A stretch of DNA of 64,000 bases, from positions 1 through 64,000 of the forward strand of contig JAGVZG010000004.1 in assembly GCA_018302765.1 (NCBI GenBank), given 5' to 3'. Shown here piece by piece: positions 46,466 through 56,415 of this stretch. The translations under genes were made by a program, and so were the position numbers. Origin of the DNA: Candidatus Woesearchaeota archaeon. GTDB taxonomy: Archaea > Nanobdellota > Nanobdellia > SCGC-AAA011-G17 > GW2011-AR18. The notes beneath the pieces are model-generated. The model had not been told where the DNA came from and did not search any database. It was given only the letters and a program-made list of their open reading frames with translations. The number at the start of each line of letters is the position of its first letter. Position 1 is the stretch's first letter.

Positions 46466-47758
46466 TTAGATAAATTCTTCTTCGTAAGTAATTCTTTTAG
46501 ATATTTCTCCTCTAAAATCTTGACTAATTAAATCTTTAATTTGATTTCTTTTGTAATTACTTAATAGCCAAGCTAATTTTATAAAAGTAGTTTCTGGAAG
46601 CATATCGCTGTAGTTTCCCAATATTCCTATTTCTTGTAATCTTCTTCCTGTGTCATAAACATTCATGTTAACCCTTCCAAAAATGCATTGCGTTGACATT
46701 ATAACTGGAATCTTTTTAGACAATTTTTTTAATTCTTTGTAAATTAACTCATTTTCTTTTGTATGATTATCTATTTTATTTATAGCCAAATGCCCTAAAC
46801 CTACCCCTTCTATAATCAAACCATTAAATTTAGAAAACATTCTTATTTCCTCTTTTAATAGATTTGGATGTGCTTTTAATAAACCTATTTTTAATTTTTC
46901 ATTAAACAATTTTAATTTTAGTTTCTCTTTATGCTCTTTTTTATGATATTCTTGCAAAAATTCTAATTTACCTTCTTTGTTTACTTTTGCTATTAGAGAA
47001 GAGTTTACTGCTTTGAATGCATCTCTTCTTGAGCTATGAAATTTCCTGGTTTTACAAGCAGGTAAGATATTACAAAATTCATCTTTGCTTTTCTCATGAA
47101 TACATATTGCCACTTCATTAAAATTTGTTCTAGTAATAAATTGGGCTGCACATATTAAATTCATAGCTGCGTCTGTACTGGGACGATCACTGCTTCTTTG
47201 CGCTCCCACTAATATTACTGGCTTGTTTAGGTTTTCTAGAGCAAATGACAAAGCAGCACTTGTGAATGCCAGTGTGTCTGTACCATGAGTTATAATTATT
47301 CCATCAACACCACTTTTCAATTCTTTTTCTATTTCTTTAGCAATTAAATTATAGTGAATAAATCTCATATCTTCTGAGAACATATTTCCTATTAACCTTG
47401 ATCTTATATTTGCTATATCTTTTAATTCTGGAAATAAATTTATTATTTCATTTGGACTAAAACTTGGAGATACGGCTCCTGTTTTGTAGCTCACACGCGA
47501 AGCAACTGTGCCTCCAGTGTGTAATATTATAATTGTTTTCAGGTTTTTATTGAATTTAACTTCTTCTTGTTGACTAAATTTGTTCTCAATCTTTTGTTTT
47601 AGTTCTCTTACGTAAAGAATATTCTTCTTATCCAAACTAACGTTATAGCCTGAATCTAATTTTAGACTTAATATTTTACTGTCTTTAGCCTGCATAATTA
47701 TTCCTTTTAGAACATCACCATTTTTTATTTTTACTTCAACATAAGATCCTGGCTTCAT
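46466..47758 (-). CDS. gatD: Glu-tRNA(Gln) amidotransferase subunit D
   Basis: KLDSGYN, HTGGTVASRV, HGTDT, GAQRSSDRPS, HSSRRDAF, GLGH. Confidence 0.96.
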   Translation of the reverse strand: MKPGSYVEVKIKNGDVLKGIIMQAKDSKILSLKLDSGYNVSLDKKNILYVRELKQKIENKFSQQEEVKFNKNLKTIIILHTGGTVASRVSYKTGAVSPSFSPNEIINLFPELKDIANIRSRLIGNMFSEDMRFIHYNLIAKEIEKELKSGVDGIIITHGTDTLAFTSAALSFALENLNKPVILVGAQRSSDRPSTDAAMNLICAAQFITRTNFNEVAICIHEKSKDEFCNILPACKTRKFHSSRRDAFKAVNSSLIAKVNKEGKLEFLQEYHKKEHKEKLKLKLFNEKLKIGLLKAHPNLLKEEIRMFSKFNGLIIEGVGLGHLAINKIDNHTKENELIYKELKKLSKKIPVIMSTQCIFGRVNMNVYDTGRRLQEIGILGNYSDMLPETTFIKLAWLLSNYKRNQIKDLISQDFRGEISKRITYEEEFI

Positions 47759-47760
47759 AA

Positions 47761-48489
47761 TTAGTTTATTTTCTCATTTAGTTTATTAATCTTTTTATTG
47801 ACATGTTCCATTATTTTTGGTTTTTCATAGAACAAAGCTGCTTTAATATGCCTAGGAATTTTCTTTTCTAATTCTTTTGCTTCTTTTACAGCTGTTTTAA
47901 TTTCTTTTTCTGCTTCTTTGGCTATTGTTTTGGTTTTTTTTATTATATTTTTTGCTCCTTTTTCAGTCTCTTTGATAACTTCTTCTGCTTCTTTTCTTGT
48001 ATCTTTATCTCCTACCTTAGAAAGTCTCAAGCTCCTAGCTATTGGTCTTAAGAACTTTGCTAATTTTTCAGACCTTCCTGCTTCTTTTGCAATTGCTTCA
48101 CCTTCTTTAATTGATTCTGCTACTTGTTTTTCTACTTCTATCCCTACATGTGCTACTTTTTGGACACTGGTTACGCTTTCACTAACTCCAAACAATCCTA
48201 CTATGCCTTCAAGAAACCTAAATACTAAAAAAAATGGAAATATTGCTATTATATCAAGCCAAGATGCTCTAAGAAATTTTGGAAAGTTTCTTATTCTTAC
48301 ATACTTAAATATTAAGTCAATAACAAATACAAAAATTATAAACCAGTCTATAATTTCTATTGCCAGACTATATTTAGCAACAAAATTGTGAAAAGCAAAC
48401 TCTCCTACTATAATAAATATAAGAACTAAAAGAAGAAAAGGTATGATTTTATCAACAAACACTTCTATTTTATGCAGCCAAGGTTTCAT
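47761..48489 (-). CDS. ion-transport (voltage-sensor-like) membrane protein without pore domain
   Basis: IIDWFIIFVFVIDLIFKY and FLRASWLDIIAIFP match Ion_trans S2/S3; Arg-rich LRPIARSLRL; C-terminal coiled coil. Confidence 0.6.
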   Translation of the reverse strand: MKPWLHKIEVFVDKIIPFLLLVLIFIIVGEFAFHNFVAKYSLAIEIIDWFIIFVFVIDLIFKYVRIRNFPKFLRASWLDIIAIFPFFLVFRFLEGIVGLFGVSESVTSVQKVAHVGIEVEKQVAESIKEGEAIAKEAGRSEKLAKFLRPIARSLRLSKVGDKDTRKEAEEVIKETEKGAKNIIKKTKTIAKEAEKEIKTAVKEAKELEKKIPRHIKAALFYEKPKIMEHVNKKINKLNEKIN

Positions 48490-48694
48490 AAAAAAATAAT
48501 TTTTGTTTAATATTTAAAGTTTTTTAGTGTCTTTTAATTTTTTGGTAATTAAGAATTCTTTATTTATATAAAAATTAGTTCAGTCTAAAATAGCTATAAT
48601 ATCTAAAAAGTATATATTATATATGAAAAATGTTTATATAGAACTTCTTGTAGTATATAATAAATATAATTAAAGTTCAATTTCGTTGGTTTTA

Positions 48695-48797
48695 TTGGGC
48701 AATAAAACCTTGGGCATGAAATGAACTTTCTTGGGCAAATTTGTTTGTACTTAGTTATACTAGTTGTACGTTTCTAGTAAAAGTCTTAACTTGGGCA
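48695..48797 (+). promoter_or_regulatory. four direct TTGGGCA repeats upstream of ftsZ
   Basis: TTGGGCA at 48695, 48710, 48731 and 48791 in an AT-rich 418-bp intergenic region. Confidence 0.55.
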
Positions 48798-48907
48798 AGT
48801 CAAAACTTTTTCTAAAGAGTATGTAACATCACATAAATAAATAGTTTATTGTGGTAGAGTATATACTTCATAATAAAAAACAAAAAGGAGAACGGGGGTA
48901 AAAAGAA

Positions 48908-49996
48908 ATGGAATTTATTATACAGAATGCATTGCAGAATGTGGAATCTACAATAGATCCAGACGTGCAAATAGGAAGAGCTAGTATTAAAGTTATTGGT
49001 GTTGGCGGTGGTGGAAGCAATATGACTACCTGGTTATATAAAAAAGGAGTCAGGGGTGCTGAAGTTGTTGCTATGAATACTGACAAACAGCATTTAGATA
49101 TGATGAGTGCTGATAAAAAAATCCTAATAGGAAGAGACTTAACAAGAGGTTTAGGAGCTGGAGGCTATGCTAATGTTGGTATGGAAGCTGCAAAAGAACA
49201 ACTTCCAGAAGTTAAAGATTCTCTTAAAGGAGCAGACATGGTATTTGTTTGCGCTGGTATGGGTGGAGGAACTGGTACTGGAGCAGCACCAGTAGTTGCA
49301 CAAGCAGCTCGTGATGTTGGAGCTATTGTTATAGGTACAGTAACTAGCCCATTCTCAATTGAAAGAGCAAGAGTTGATAAAGCTGAATTTGGGTTGCAGC
49401 AATTAAGAGCAGTTTCAGATACTGTAATTGTAATTGACAATAACAGACTAGTACAAATTGCAGGAAATTTACCTGTACAACAAGCTTTTGCTGTAGCAAA
49501 TGAACTAGTTGCTACAATGATTAAAGGGATTGTTGAAATAATTGCAGTACCTAGTCTTGTTAATTTAGACTACGCAGATGTAAAAGCAATAATGACAAAT
49601 GGTGGCGTATCTGTTGTTGGCGTAGGTGAAAGTGATGGCGAGAGAAGAGTAGAAGAAGCAACAAAAAGGGCTTTAACAAATCCACTATTAGATGTAAGTT
49701 ACAAAGGCGCTACAGGTGCTCTAATTCATGTAACTGGTGGACCTGATATGACTCTTGATGAAGTAAACAGAGTAGGTGAGTTAGTTACAGAAACTCTAGA
49801 TCCTGATGCAAATTGCATTTGGGGAGCAAGAGTTGAAGACTCTATGAAAGGCAAAATAAGAGTTATGTCAATCATTACAGGCGTTCAAAGTCCATATGTC
49901 TTGGGTAAAACTCTTAGTTCAACACAAAGCTTTGAGAAATCTAAGACAATGAGCAGAGAATTAGGAATTGACGTAGTGCATGGAAAACGTTATTAA
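48908..49996 (+). CDS. ftsZ: cell division protein FtsZ (FtsZ2-like)
   Basis: GVGGGG, GGGTGTG tubulin signature, PSLVNLDYAD T7 loop; SD GGGGGT upstream. Confidence 0.96.
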   Translation: MEFIIQNALQNVESTIDPDVQIGRASIKVIGVGGGGSNMTTWLYKKGVRGAEVVAMNTDKQHLDMMSADKKILIGRDLTRGLGAGGYANVGMEAAKEQLPEVKDSLKGADMVFVCAGMGGGTGTGAAPVVAQAARDVGAIVIGTVTSPFSIERARVDKAEFGLQQLRAVSDTVIVIDNNRLVQIAGNLPVQQAFAVANELVATMIKGIVEIIAVPSLVNLDYADVKAIMTNGGVSVVGVGESDGERRVEEATKRALTNPLLDVSYKGATGALIHVTGGPDMTLDEVNRVGELVTETLDPDANCIWGARVEDSMKGKIRVMSIITGVQSPYVLGKTLSSTQSFEKSKTMSRELGIDVVHGKRY

Positions 49997-50066
49997 ATAA
50001 ATTATGCTTTAGGGCCTAAATGTAGAACTTCTTTTTTCTACCCCCTGCCCTAGAGACCCTCTATAA

Positions 50067-50107
50067 GGCTAAAGTCTGGTTCCCCTGGACTTTAGTCCTT
50101 TTTTTAT
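50067..50107 (+). terminator. stem-loop plus T-tract between converging ftsZ and hypothetical gene
   Basis: 11-bp stem GGCTAAAGTCT/GGACTTTAGTC (2 G-U pairs), 9-nt loop, followed by a T run. Confidence 0.55.
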
Positions 50108-50176
50108 TTTTATTAAGAAAAATAATCTATTACAACTGTGTTTTATATGTCCAATAAATATTATCTAGAAAATAAA

Positions 50177-50902
50177 TTAAGAAACTATACTTTTTTCTCT
50201 TTTTTTATTATCGTATAATAAATTTCTTACTTTGTCTGCATTTCTTATAGGGCTATTACCATGAAATAATATATTAACTTCTCTTGCCAATAAATTTAGG
50301 TTTACTTGACCTCTATGATTTCCACTTTGATATTTAAATTTACTTTCTTCTAATGCTCGATATATAAATCTCTTTTCATCATCTGAATATGGGGTGCGTC
50401 CTCTTGCTATTTGTGCCCTGCGCCCTGCTTCAATATGCCCATCATGAGTCATACCATGAATGCCTTTTCCCTTTTCAAAAGCTCTACGTCCACCTATAGA
50501 ACCACCAAGTGCAGAACGCTCCAACATTTGTTCAATAGTAAGAGAAAATATTCCACGCCCTTCACTATATAAATTTTCACCTATAGCTGAGCCATTCCTA
50601 GACTTATGCTTTAAACATAACTCCCTTAGTTCATCTTCTTCAATTAAGCCACTATATTCTGCAGTAATAATACCTTCATAACCTCTTAGAGCGTACTTAA
50701 TAGCTTGCATAGCTATCCCATCATTAACACCATATTTAGAATTTAAATCATACATATCTACTATTTCTCTAAGAAAACGCCCTTCTCTATAAGAACCTGC
50801 TATTTCAGGATGTTCTGCTTGAAGCCTTTTACCAAGATCAGCTGACATCTTAATAGCTGTCATCTGTTTTCTTACTTTGTCAGGATCTCTTAACTCATTC
50901 AT
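50177..50902 (-). CDS. hypothetical protein with Gly/Arg-rich repeats
   Basis: 241-aa ORF; GG..GG repeats (SALGGSIGGRR). Confidence 0.7.
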   Translation of the reverse strand: MNELRDPDKVRKQMTAIKMSADLGKRLQAEHPEIAGSYREGRFLREIVDMYDLNSKYGVNDGIAMQAIKYALRGYEGIITAEYSGLIEEDELRELCLKHKSRNGSAIGENLYSEGRGIFSLTIEQMLERSALGGSIGGRRAFEKGKGIHGMTHDGHIEAGRRAQIARGRTPYSDDEKRFIYRALEESKFKYQSGNHRGQVNLNLLAREVNILFHGNSPIRNADKVRNLLYDNKKREKSIVS

Positions 50903-50932
50903 ATAAATAATATTAAAGAAAATTTTAAAAAC

Positions 50933-51547
50933 TTATTTTTTATGCTTTTCTACAATATTAGTTATGTGTTTCTTAATAATATCAGCTGCTGGGATTATTT
51001 TTCCTCTTTCTTTGTCTTCTTTTTGTCCATATTTCTCAAAAAAAATAACAGTTTCCAGAGGCTCTCTTCTGGATTTTTCTTCATACGACTCAGGATAACC
51101 TATAGCAAAGACAGCCTGAGGTCTTGCAATTTCTTCTATGCTTAAAATTTCTCTTAGTTTTGTTTCATCAAATGCTCCAATCCAAGTTGTGCCTAGTCCA
51201 AGTTCATGCGCTTTTAGCAACATATTTTGAATTGCAGCAGAACAATTTTGTACTGCATAAAGAGCCTCGCCTCTAGCGCCAAACATTCTTTTTATTTTTG
51301 TTACTTCACTGCAAACAACAATTAACATCGGAGCTTTTAACATCCAGTATTGTTCATCACATATCTTTGCTATCTTTTCCCTTGTTTCTTTATTTCTTAT
51401 AATTATAAATCTCCAATTTTGGACATTGCCAGAAGACGGAGCTTGAATTGCTGCTTCCAGACACTCTGAAATTATATACCATGGAACATTTAAACTCTTG
51501 AATTTTCTGACACTTTTTCTTTCTTTTATTACTTGGTCTAATTCCAT
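50933..51547 (-). CDS. nitroreductase family protein
   Basis: ERKSVRKF, APSSGNVQNWRF, AIQNMLLKAHELGLGTTWIG. Confidence 0.93.
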   Translation of the reverse strand: MELDQVIKERKSVRKFKSLNVPWYIISECLEAAIQAPSSGNVQNWRFIIIRNKETREKIAKICDEQYWMLKAPMLIVVCSEVTKIKRMFGARGEALYAVQNCSAAIQNMLLKAHELGLGTTWIGAFDETKLREILSIEEIARPQAVFAIGYPESYEEKSRREPLETVIFFEKYGQKEDKERGKIIPAADIIKKHITNIVEKHKK

Positions 51548-51637
51548 TAGATATTATTGTTTCATTGTAGTATATAAATATTTTTTATGCACTGTTAAAT
51601 CAATACTATTTTAAATATCATAAACTTAAGCGAGATT

Positions 51638-52852
51638 ATGAATATTTTTAAAAAAGATGAATTAAAGTTACTCTGGCCAATTTATATTAGTATTTTATTT
51701 GGCAGCATACTTTTTTTATACCCTATTTTTTATGTCCTATACTTCAGAGAAATTGGTTTTAGTTTGACACAAATAGGTTTTTTAGCTTCTGCCTTTTTTA
51801 TTGCAAATATATTATTCGAGATTCCTACAGGAGTTATAGCTGATTTATTTGGAAGAAAATTTTCAGTAATTACTGGGTACATTTTAGCAGGAATAGCAAT
51901 GACTTTAATAATGTTCTCAAATAATTTTTATATTATTTTAGCCTTATTTTTTTTAAGGGGAATATTTAGAACTTTAACTTCTGGTGCTGATGAAGCCTGG
52001 ATAGTTGATTTTTTAAGGCATAAAAAGAGAAAAGATCTTATTCATGAATACTATACTAAACAGCACAGTTTTATGAGTTTTGGAATGGTTTTATCAGGTA
52101 TTATTGGTTCTTTTTTAGTGGGAATTTACGGCCTTTGGCTTATATTTCCTATTACTGGAATTACAATGATCTTGTCTGCGATTATAACAATTTTTCAATC
52201 TGAATACTTTGTTGTTAGAAAAACTAAAATAAAAAATAAAATAAAAGAGTTAATTAATCATGCAAATAAATCTATAAGCTATTTAAGAAATAATAATCCA
52301 TTATTATTGTTGTTTTATGCTGGAATTTTAACTACTATAGCCCTTACATTTACTAATGAACTAACTTGGTATCCTTTACTTCAAAATCTTGGATTTAAAA
52401 CTATATGGTTTGGTTATTTAATTTCTGCCAGTTTTATAATTGAAATTATACTGCCTTATTTCATAAAACCAATAGTCAAATTATTTGGTGGATATAAAAA
52501 TTATCTAATAATTGTAATCAGTTTTCAAGCAATACTTATTTTATCTGTGCTGTTTGCTAAAAATATGGTTCTAGTTATAATTTTGTATTCAATAATAATG
52601 CCACTATATAGTTTGTGGGGGATTGCAAGTTCAGTATTATTTCAGCATATAGTAAAAACAAAAATCAGAGCAACAATAGGTTCAGTTTTTAATATGTCCA
52701 CTTCTGCAATGAGTATTATAATCTATCCTGTTGTAGGTTTTTTAAGTGATAAAATAGGACCAAGTACAACTATATTTATTTCGGGAATTATACTTATACC
52801 TGTTATATTTTTGTATATAAATATTAAAAGCAAGAATATTCCTAAATTATAA
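51638..52852 (+). CDS. MFS transporter
   Basis: FEIPTGVIADLFGRK, SGADEAW; about 12 TM helices. Confidence 0.9.
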   Translation: MNIFKKDELKLLWPIYISILFGSILFLYPIFYVLYFREIGFSLTQIGFLASAFFIANILFEIPTGVIADLFGRKFSVITGYILAGIAMTLIMFSNNFYIILALFFLRGIFRTLTSGADEAWIVDFLRHKKRKDLIHEYYTKQHSFMSFGMVLSGIIGSFLVGIYGLWLIFPITGITMILSAIITIFQSEYFVVRKTKIKNKIKELINHANKSISYLRNNNPLLLLFYAGILTTIALTFTNELTWYPLLQNLGFKTIWFGYLISASFIIEIILPYFIKPIVKLFGGYKNYLIIVISFQAILILSVLFAKNMVLVIILYSIIMPLYSLWGIASSVLFQHIVKTKIRATIGSVFNMSTSAMSIIIYPVVGFLSDKIGPSTTIFISGIILIPVIFLYINIKSKNIPKL

Positions 52853-52927
52853 TAGAAGCTAACCTTGATTTCCTGTGCAGATTTTTAATCAAAACCTTTT
52901 TATCTTATTAATTAATATTAAAGTTGT

Positions 52928-54706
52928 ATGGATTATATTAAACTTACTGATTATTATCAACAATTAGAAAAAACTTCTAAAAGACTAGAAAAAACTTACA
53001 TAATAAGTCAATTATTAAAAGAAGTTAAGAAAGAAGATAATCCAGAATACATTATAAATTTAATAAGGGGAAGGGTCTTTCCTACATGGGAACAGAGAAA
53101 AATTGGAGTTTCTGATAAAATAATAATTAAAGCACTGGCAACATCTACTGGTATTTCTAAAGATAAGATTGAAAAGATGTTTGCGAAGATTGGAGATTTA
53201 GGTGATGTTGCTCAGGAAATAACAAAGAACAAGAAACAGACAACATTGCATACTAAAAAACTTACTTGCGAATTAGTTTATAAAAAAATAAGAGACTTAG
53301 CAGAACTAGAAGGTGAAGGTACAGTAAATAAGAAAGTTGGATTAATGTCTGAATTATTAACTTCTGCTTCTCCTATGGAAGCAAGATTTGTAGTTAGAAC
53401 AATTTTGGAGCAGCTAAGAATTGGAGCTGCAGAGGGAACTTTAAGAGATGCAATAGTCTGGTGTTTCTTTGGAGATAAATTAAAAATTAAATACAATAAA
53501 GAGAAAAATGAAATAGAATTATCTGATGAAACTAAAAAAGAATATGATATTTTCTTAGAGAAAGTTCAGCATGCTTATGATTTAACAAATGATTTTGCAG
53601 AGATTTTTAGAATTATTAAAGAAGAAGGAATTACTGGATTAGATAAAATAACTTTGAAAGCTGGAAAACCAATAAATGTAATGTTATTTCAGAAAGTTAA
53701 AGATCTTAAAGAAGCATTTGAAGTTGTTGGAACTCCTTTAGCCTTGGAATATAAAATTGATGGCTTTAGGCTCCAAATACATTGCAATAACGGAAAAATT
53801 ACTCTGTATACAAGAAGATTAGAGAATGTTACAAAGCAATTTCCAGATGTTGTAGATGCTGCAAAACAAGGAATAAAATCAGAAAATTATATTATAGATA
53901 CAGAAGTCATAGGAATAGATACAAAAACAAAAAAATGGCTTCCTTTTCAAAATATTTCTCAAAGAATTAAAAGAAAGTATAATATAGAAAGAACAGTTAA
54001 GGAAATACCTGTTATGGTAAATGTTTTTGATATAATTTCTTACAACAATGAAAGTTTGCTTGATGCACCTTTTCATAGAAGAAGACATATAATAGAAAAA
54101 ATTGTTAAAATTATACCTGACAAAATACAACCAATAAAGCAGATAGTAACAGACAAAGAAGATGTTGCTGAAAAGTTTTACAAAGAATCTTTATCTTTGG
54201 GAAATGAAGGTATAATGGCAAAAAATTTAGAAAGTATTTACAAGCCAGGATCTAGAGTTGGTTATGGAGTAAAGATAAAACCTATACTTGAAACTCTAGA
54301 TTTGGTTATTGTAAAAGCAGAATATGGAGAAGGCAAGAGAGCTGGCTGGCTGAGTTCATATACTGTTGCATGCTGGGACAAAAAGAAAGAAAAATTAATT
54401 GAAGTCGGAAAGGTCAGTACAGGATTAAAAGAAAAAGAGGAACAAGGCACAACTTTTGAAGAGCTGACTAAATTGCTGAAACCATTGATTGAAAAACAGG
54501 AAGGCAAAGAGGTTATTGTGAAGCCAAAAATAATTATTGAAGTTGCTTACGAAGAGATACAGAAAAGTCCTGAATACACTTCTGGTTTTGCATTGAGATT
54601 TCCAAGAGTAATGAGGTTGCGTGTAGGTGACAAACCTATAAAGGAAGTTAATACTATTGAAGACTTAGAAAAAATTTACGATGAGCAGAGATCAAGAGAC
54701 AAATAA
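52928..54706 (+). CDS. lig: ATP-dependent DNA ligase
   Basis: EYKIDG (motif I), VFDI, EGIMAK, YKPGSR, ALRFPR. Confidence 0.96.
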   Translation: MDYIKLTDYYQQLEKTSKRLEKTYIISQLLKEVKKEDNPEYIINLIRGRVFPTWEQRKIGVSDKIIIKALATSTGISKDKIEKMFAKIGDLGDVAQEITKNKKQTTLHTKKLTCELVYKKIRDLAELEGEGTVNKKVGLMSELLTSASPMEARFVVRTILEQLRIGAAEGTLRDAIVWCFFGDKLKIKYNKEKNEIELSDETKKEYDIFLEKVQHAYDLTNDFAEIFRIIKEEGITGLDKITLKAGKPINVMLFQKVKDLKEAFEVVGTPLALEYKIDGFRLQIHCNNGKITLYTRRLENVTKQFPDVVDAAKQGIKSENYIIDTEVIGIDTKTKKWLPFQNISQRIKRKYNIERTVKEIPVMVNVFDIISYNNESLLDAPFHRRRHIIEKIVKIIPDKIQPIKQIVTDKEDVAEKFYKESLSLGNEGIMAKNLESIYKPGSRVGYGVKIKPILETLDLVIVKAEYGEGKRAGWLSSYTVACWDKKKEKLIEVGKVSTGLKEKEEQGTTFEELTKLLKPLIEKQEGKEVIVKPKIIIEVAYEEIQKSPEYTSGFALRFPRVMRLRVGDKPIKEVNTIEDLEKIYDEQRSRDK

Positions 54707-54832
54707 ATTCACTAAATTACCATAAATTAGTTATATTCAGTCAGTAATAAAAACATTTAAATACCAGTTTATTACTACTAATACAAAAAGACACCATTTA
54801 AAAAAGTTGGGTGACAAAGGAGGGGGCTATTA

Positions 54833-55654
54833 ATGATTGTCAAAGAAGAAATTTTAAGCAAATTAAGAGGATATTTTAATCTAAATTTATATGAGGTCCG
54901 TATATGGACAGCGCTTCTTTCTCGTGGTGTTTCTACTGCAGGCGAACTTAGTGATATAGGACATGTACCAAGAAGCAGAGCATACGACGTTCTTGAAAGC
55001 CTGGAGAAAAAAGGTTTTGTTATTATGAAATTAGGCAAACCAATAAAATATATTGCTGTAGAACCTGGTGAAGTTGTTGAAAGAGTTAAAAAGAACATTC
55101 AAGTTGAAGCTGATCAATCAGTTCAGAGGCTAAAAGAATTGAATAATAATGATGTCTTAAAAGAACTGGAAACTTTACATAAAACAGGAATAGAATTTAT
55201 AGACTCAACAGACTTATCTGGCGCTATAAGAGGAAAGCATAACTTATATACTCATTTGGAGTTAATGGTTAAAGGGGCGGAAAAGTCTGTAACTATAGCG
55301 ACAACGTCCAAGGGACTTGTTAGAAAAGTAGAAGCCTTAAAACCTGTTTTACAGAAGCTTGCCAAGAAAGGAGTAAATGTTAGAATTGCAGCACCTTTGA
55401 CTAAAGATTGCCAGAATGCAGTAAAGGATTTAAAGGGCATTGCAGACGTGAGAGACTCTGGAAAATTAGCAGCAAGATTCTGCGTTGTAGATGGGAAAGA
55501 TTTATTATTTATGGTAATGCATGATGAAGAAGTTCACCCAACTTATGATGTTGGCGTTTGGGTAACAACACCTTTCTTCGCAGGCGCATTAGAAAATATT
55601 TTTGATTTGGCATGGAAAGACTTTGAACCTGCAACTAAGAAGTTCAAAGAATAA
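54833..55654 (+). CDS. TrmB-family transcriptional regulator
   Basis: LNLYEVRIW, VPRSRAYDVLESLEKKGF, KPIKY; C-terminal PLD-like domain; SD GGAGGGGG. Confidence 0.92.
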   Translation: MIVKEEILSKLRGYFNLNLYEVRIWTALLSRGVSTAGELSDIGHVPRSRAYDVLESLEKKGFVIMKLGKPIKYIAVEPGEVVERVKKNIQVEADQSVQRLKELNNNDVLKELETLHKTGIEFIDSTDLSGAIRGKHNLYTHLELMVKGAEKSVTIATTSKGLVRKVEALKPVLQKLAKKGVNVRIAAPLTKDCQNAVKDLKGIADVRDSGKLAARFCVVDGKDLLFMVMHDEEVHPTYDVGVWVTTPFFAGALENIFDLAWKDFEPATKKFKE

Positions 55655-55879
55655 ATCTTTTCTTTATTTTTTTAAATTTTATTTAGTTCTATAATTAAGA
55701 TATTAATTTTTTGATCCTAAAGAATTTCTTAATACTGTGATGTAGCTCAGTTTAAAATAAATACAACAGATGACTGTTCTGAAACAAGCAAAGAACATAA
55801 CTATTTTGCTTACACTTATTGTAAAGAAAAAAACATTTTATTCTCTTTAGTATGAAGTTTCACAATGATAAATAAAAAA

Positions 55880-56326
55880 TCATAACTTTCTTTTTTTCGG
55901 TCTTCCAAAGAAAGCTCTTTCAAATGGAGACATTGGATCGTTTTCTATTTCTCTTCTCTCTTTTTCTACTGCTTGTCGATGATAATATTCTTTTTTCCCT
56001 CTTGCCCAACCTTTAGCTTTAGCTGCTTCATTTTCTTCTATTTCTCTTAATTCTTTACCTCTTACATTTCTTTCTTCTACTCTTTCTCTTTCTAATTTTT
56101 GTTTGTGACGTAAATATTTTTCATGTTTTATTCTTTCTTCTCTGGCTCTTGCTTCTTCTGGAGTTAGATTAAGCCTATAATAAATATAAGTTAATAATGC
56201 AACAAATAAAGCTATGTAAAACATAATAGATGCAATATTTCCTTTAATAATAAGAGCAATAATGAATAATAAAGCTGTTAAAATCACCCCACTAATAATA
56301 AATACATCTCTTCTCCTTATCTTCAC
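55880..56326 (-). CDS. hypothetical membrane protein
   Basis: Two N-terminal TM helices and a charged coiled-coil tail. Confidence 0.65.
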   Translation of the reverse strand: MKIRRRDVFIISGVILTALLFIIALIIKGNIASIMFYIALFVALLTYIYYRLNLTPEEARAREERIKHEKYLRHKQKLERERVEERNVRGKELREIEENEAAKAKGWARGKKEYYHRQAVEKERREIENDPMSPFERAFFGRPKKRKL

Positions 56327-56415
56327 TTCACTTAAAAGTAAACATTAGTTTTAATATATAAACATTTTTAAAACTTGGCAGAAACATTTATATAACAATT
56401 ATGGTATATATTTTT

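Noticed and set aside
55730-55855. Possible C/D-box sRNA or small ORF in the trmB downstream spacer
   Set aside because: Box C/D matches are imperfect with no terminal stem; the 40-codon open stretch has no start codon
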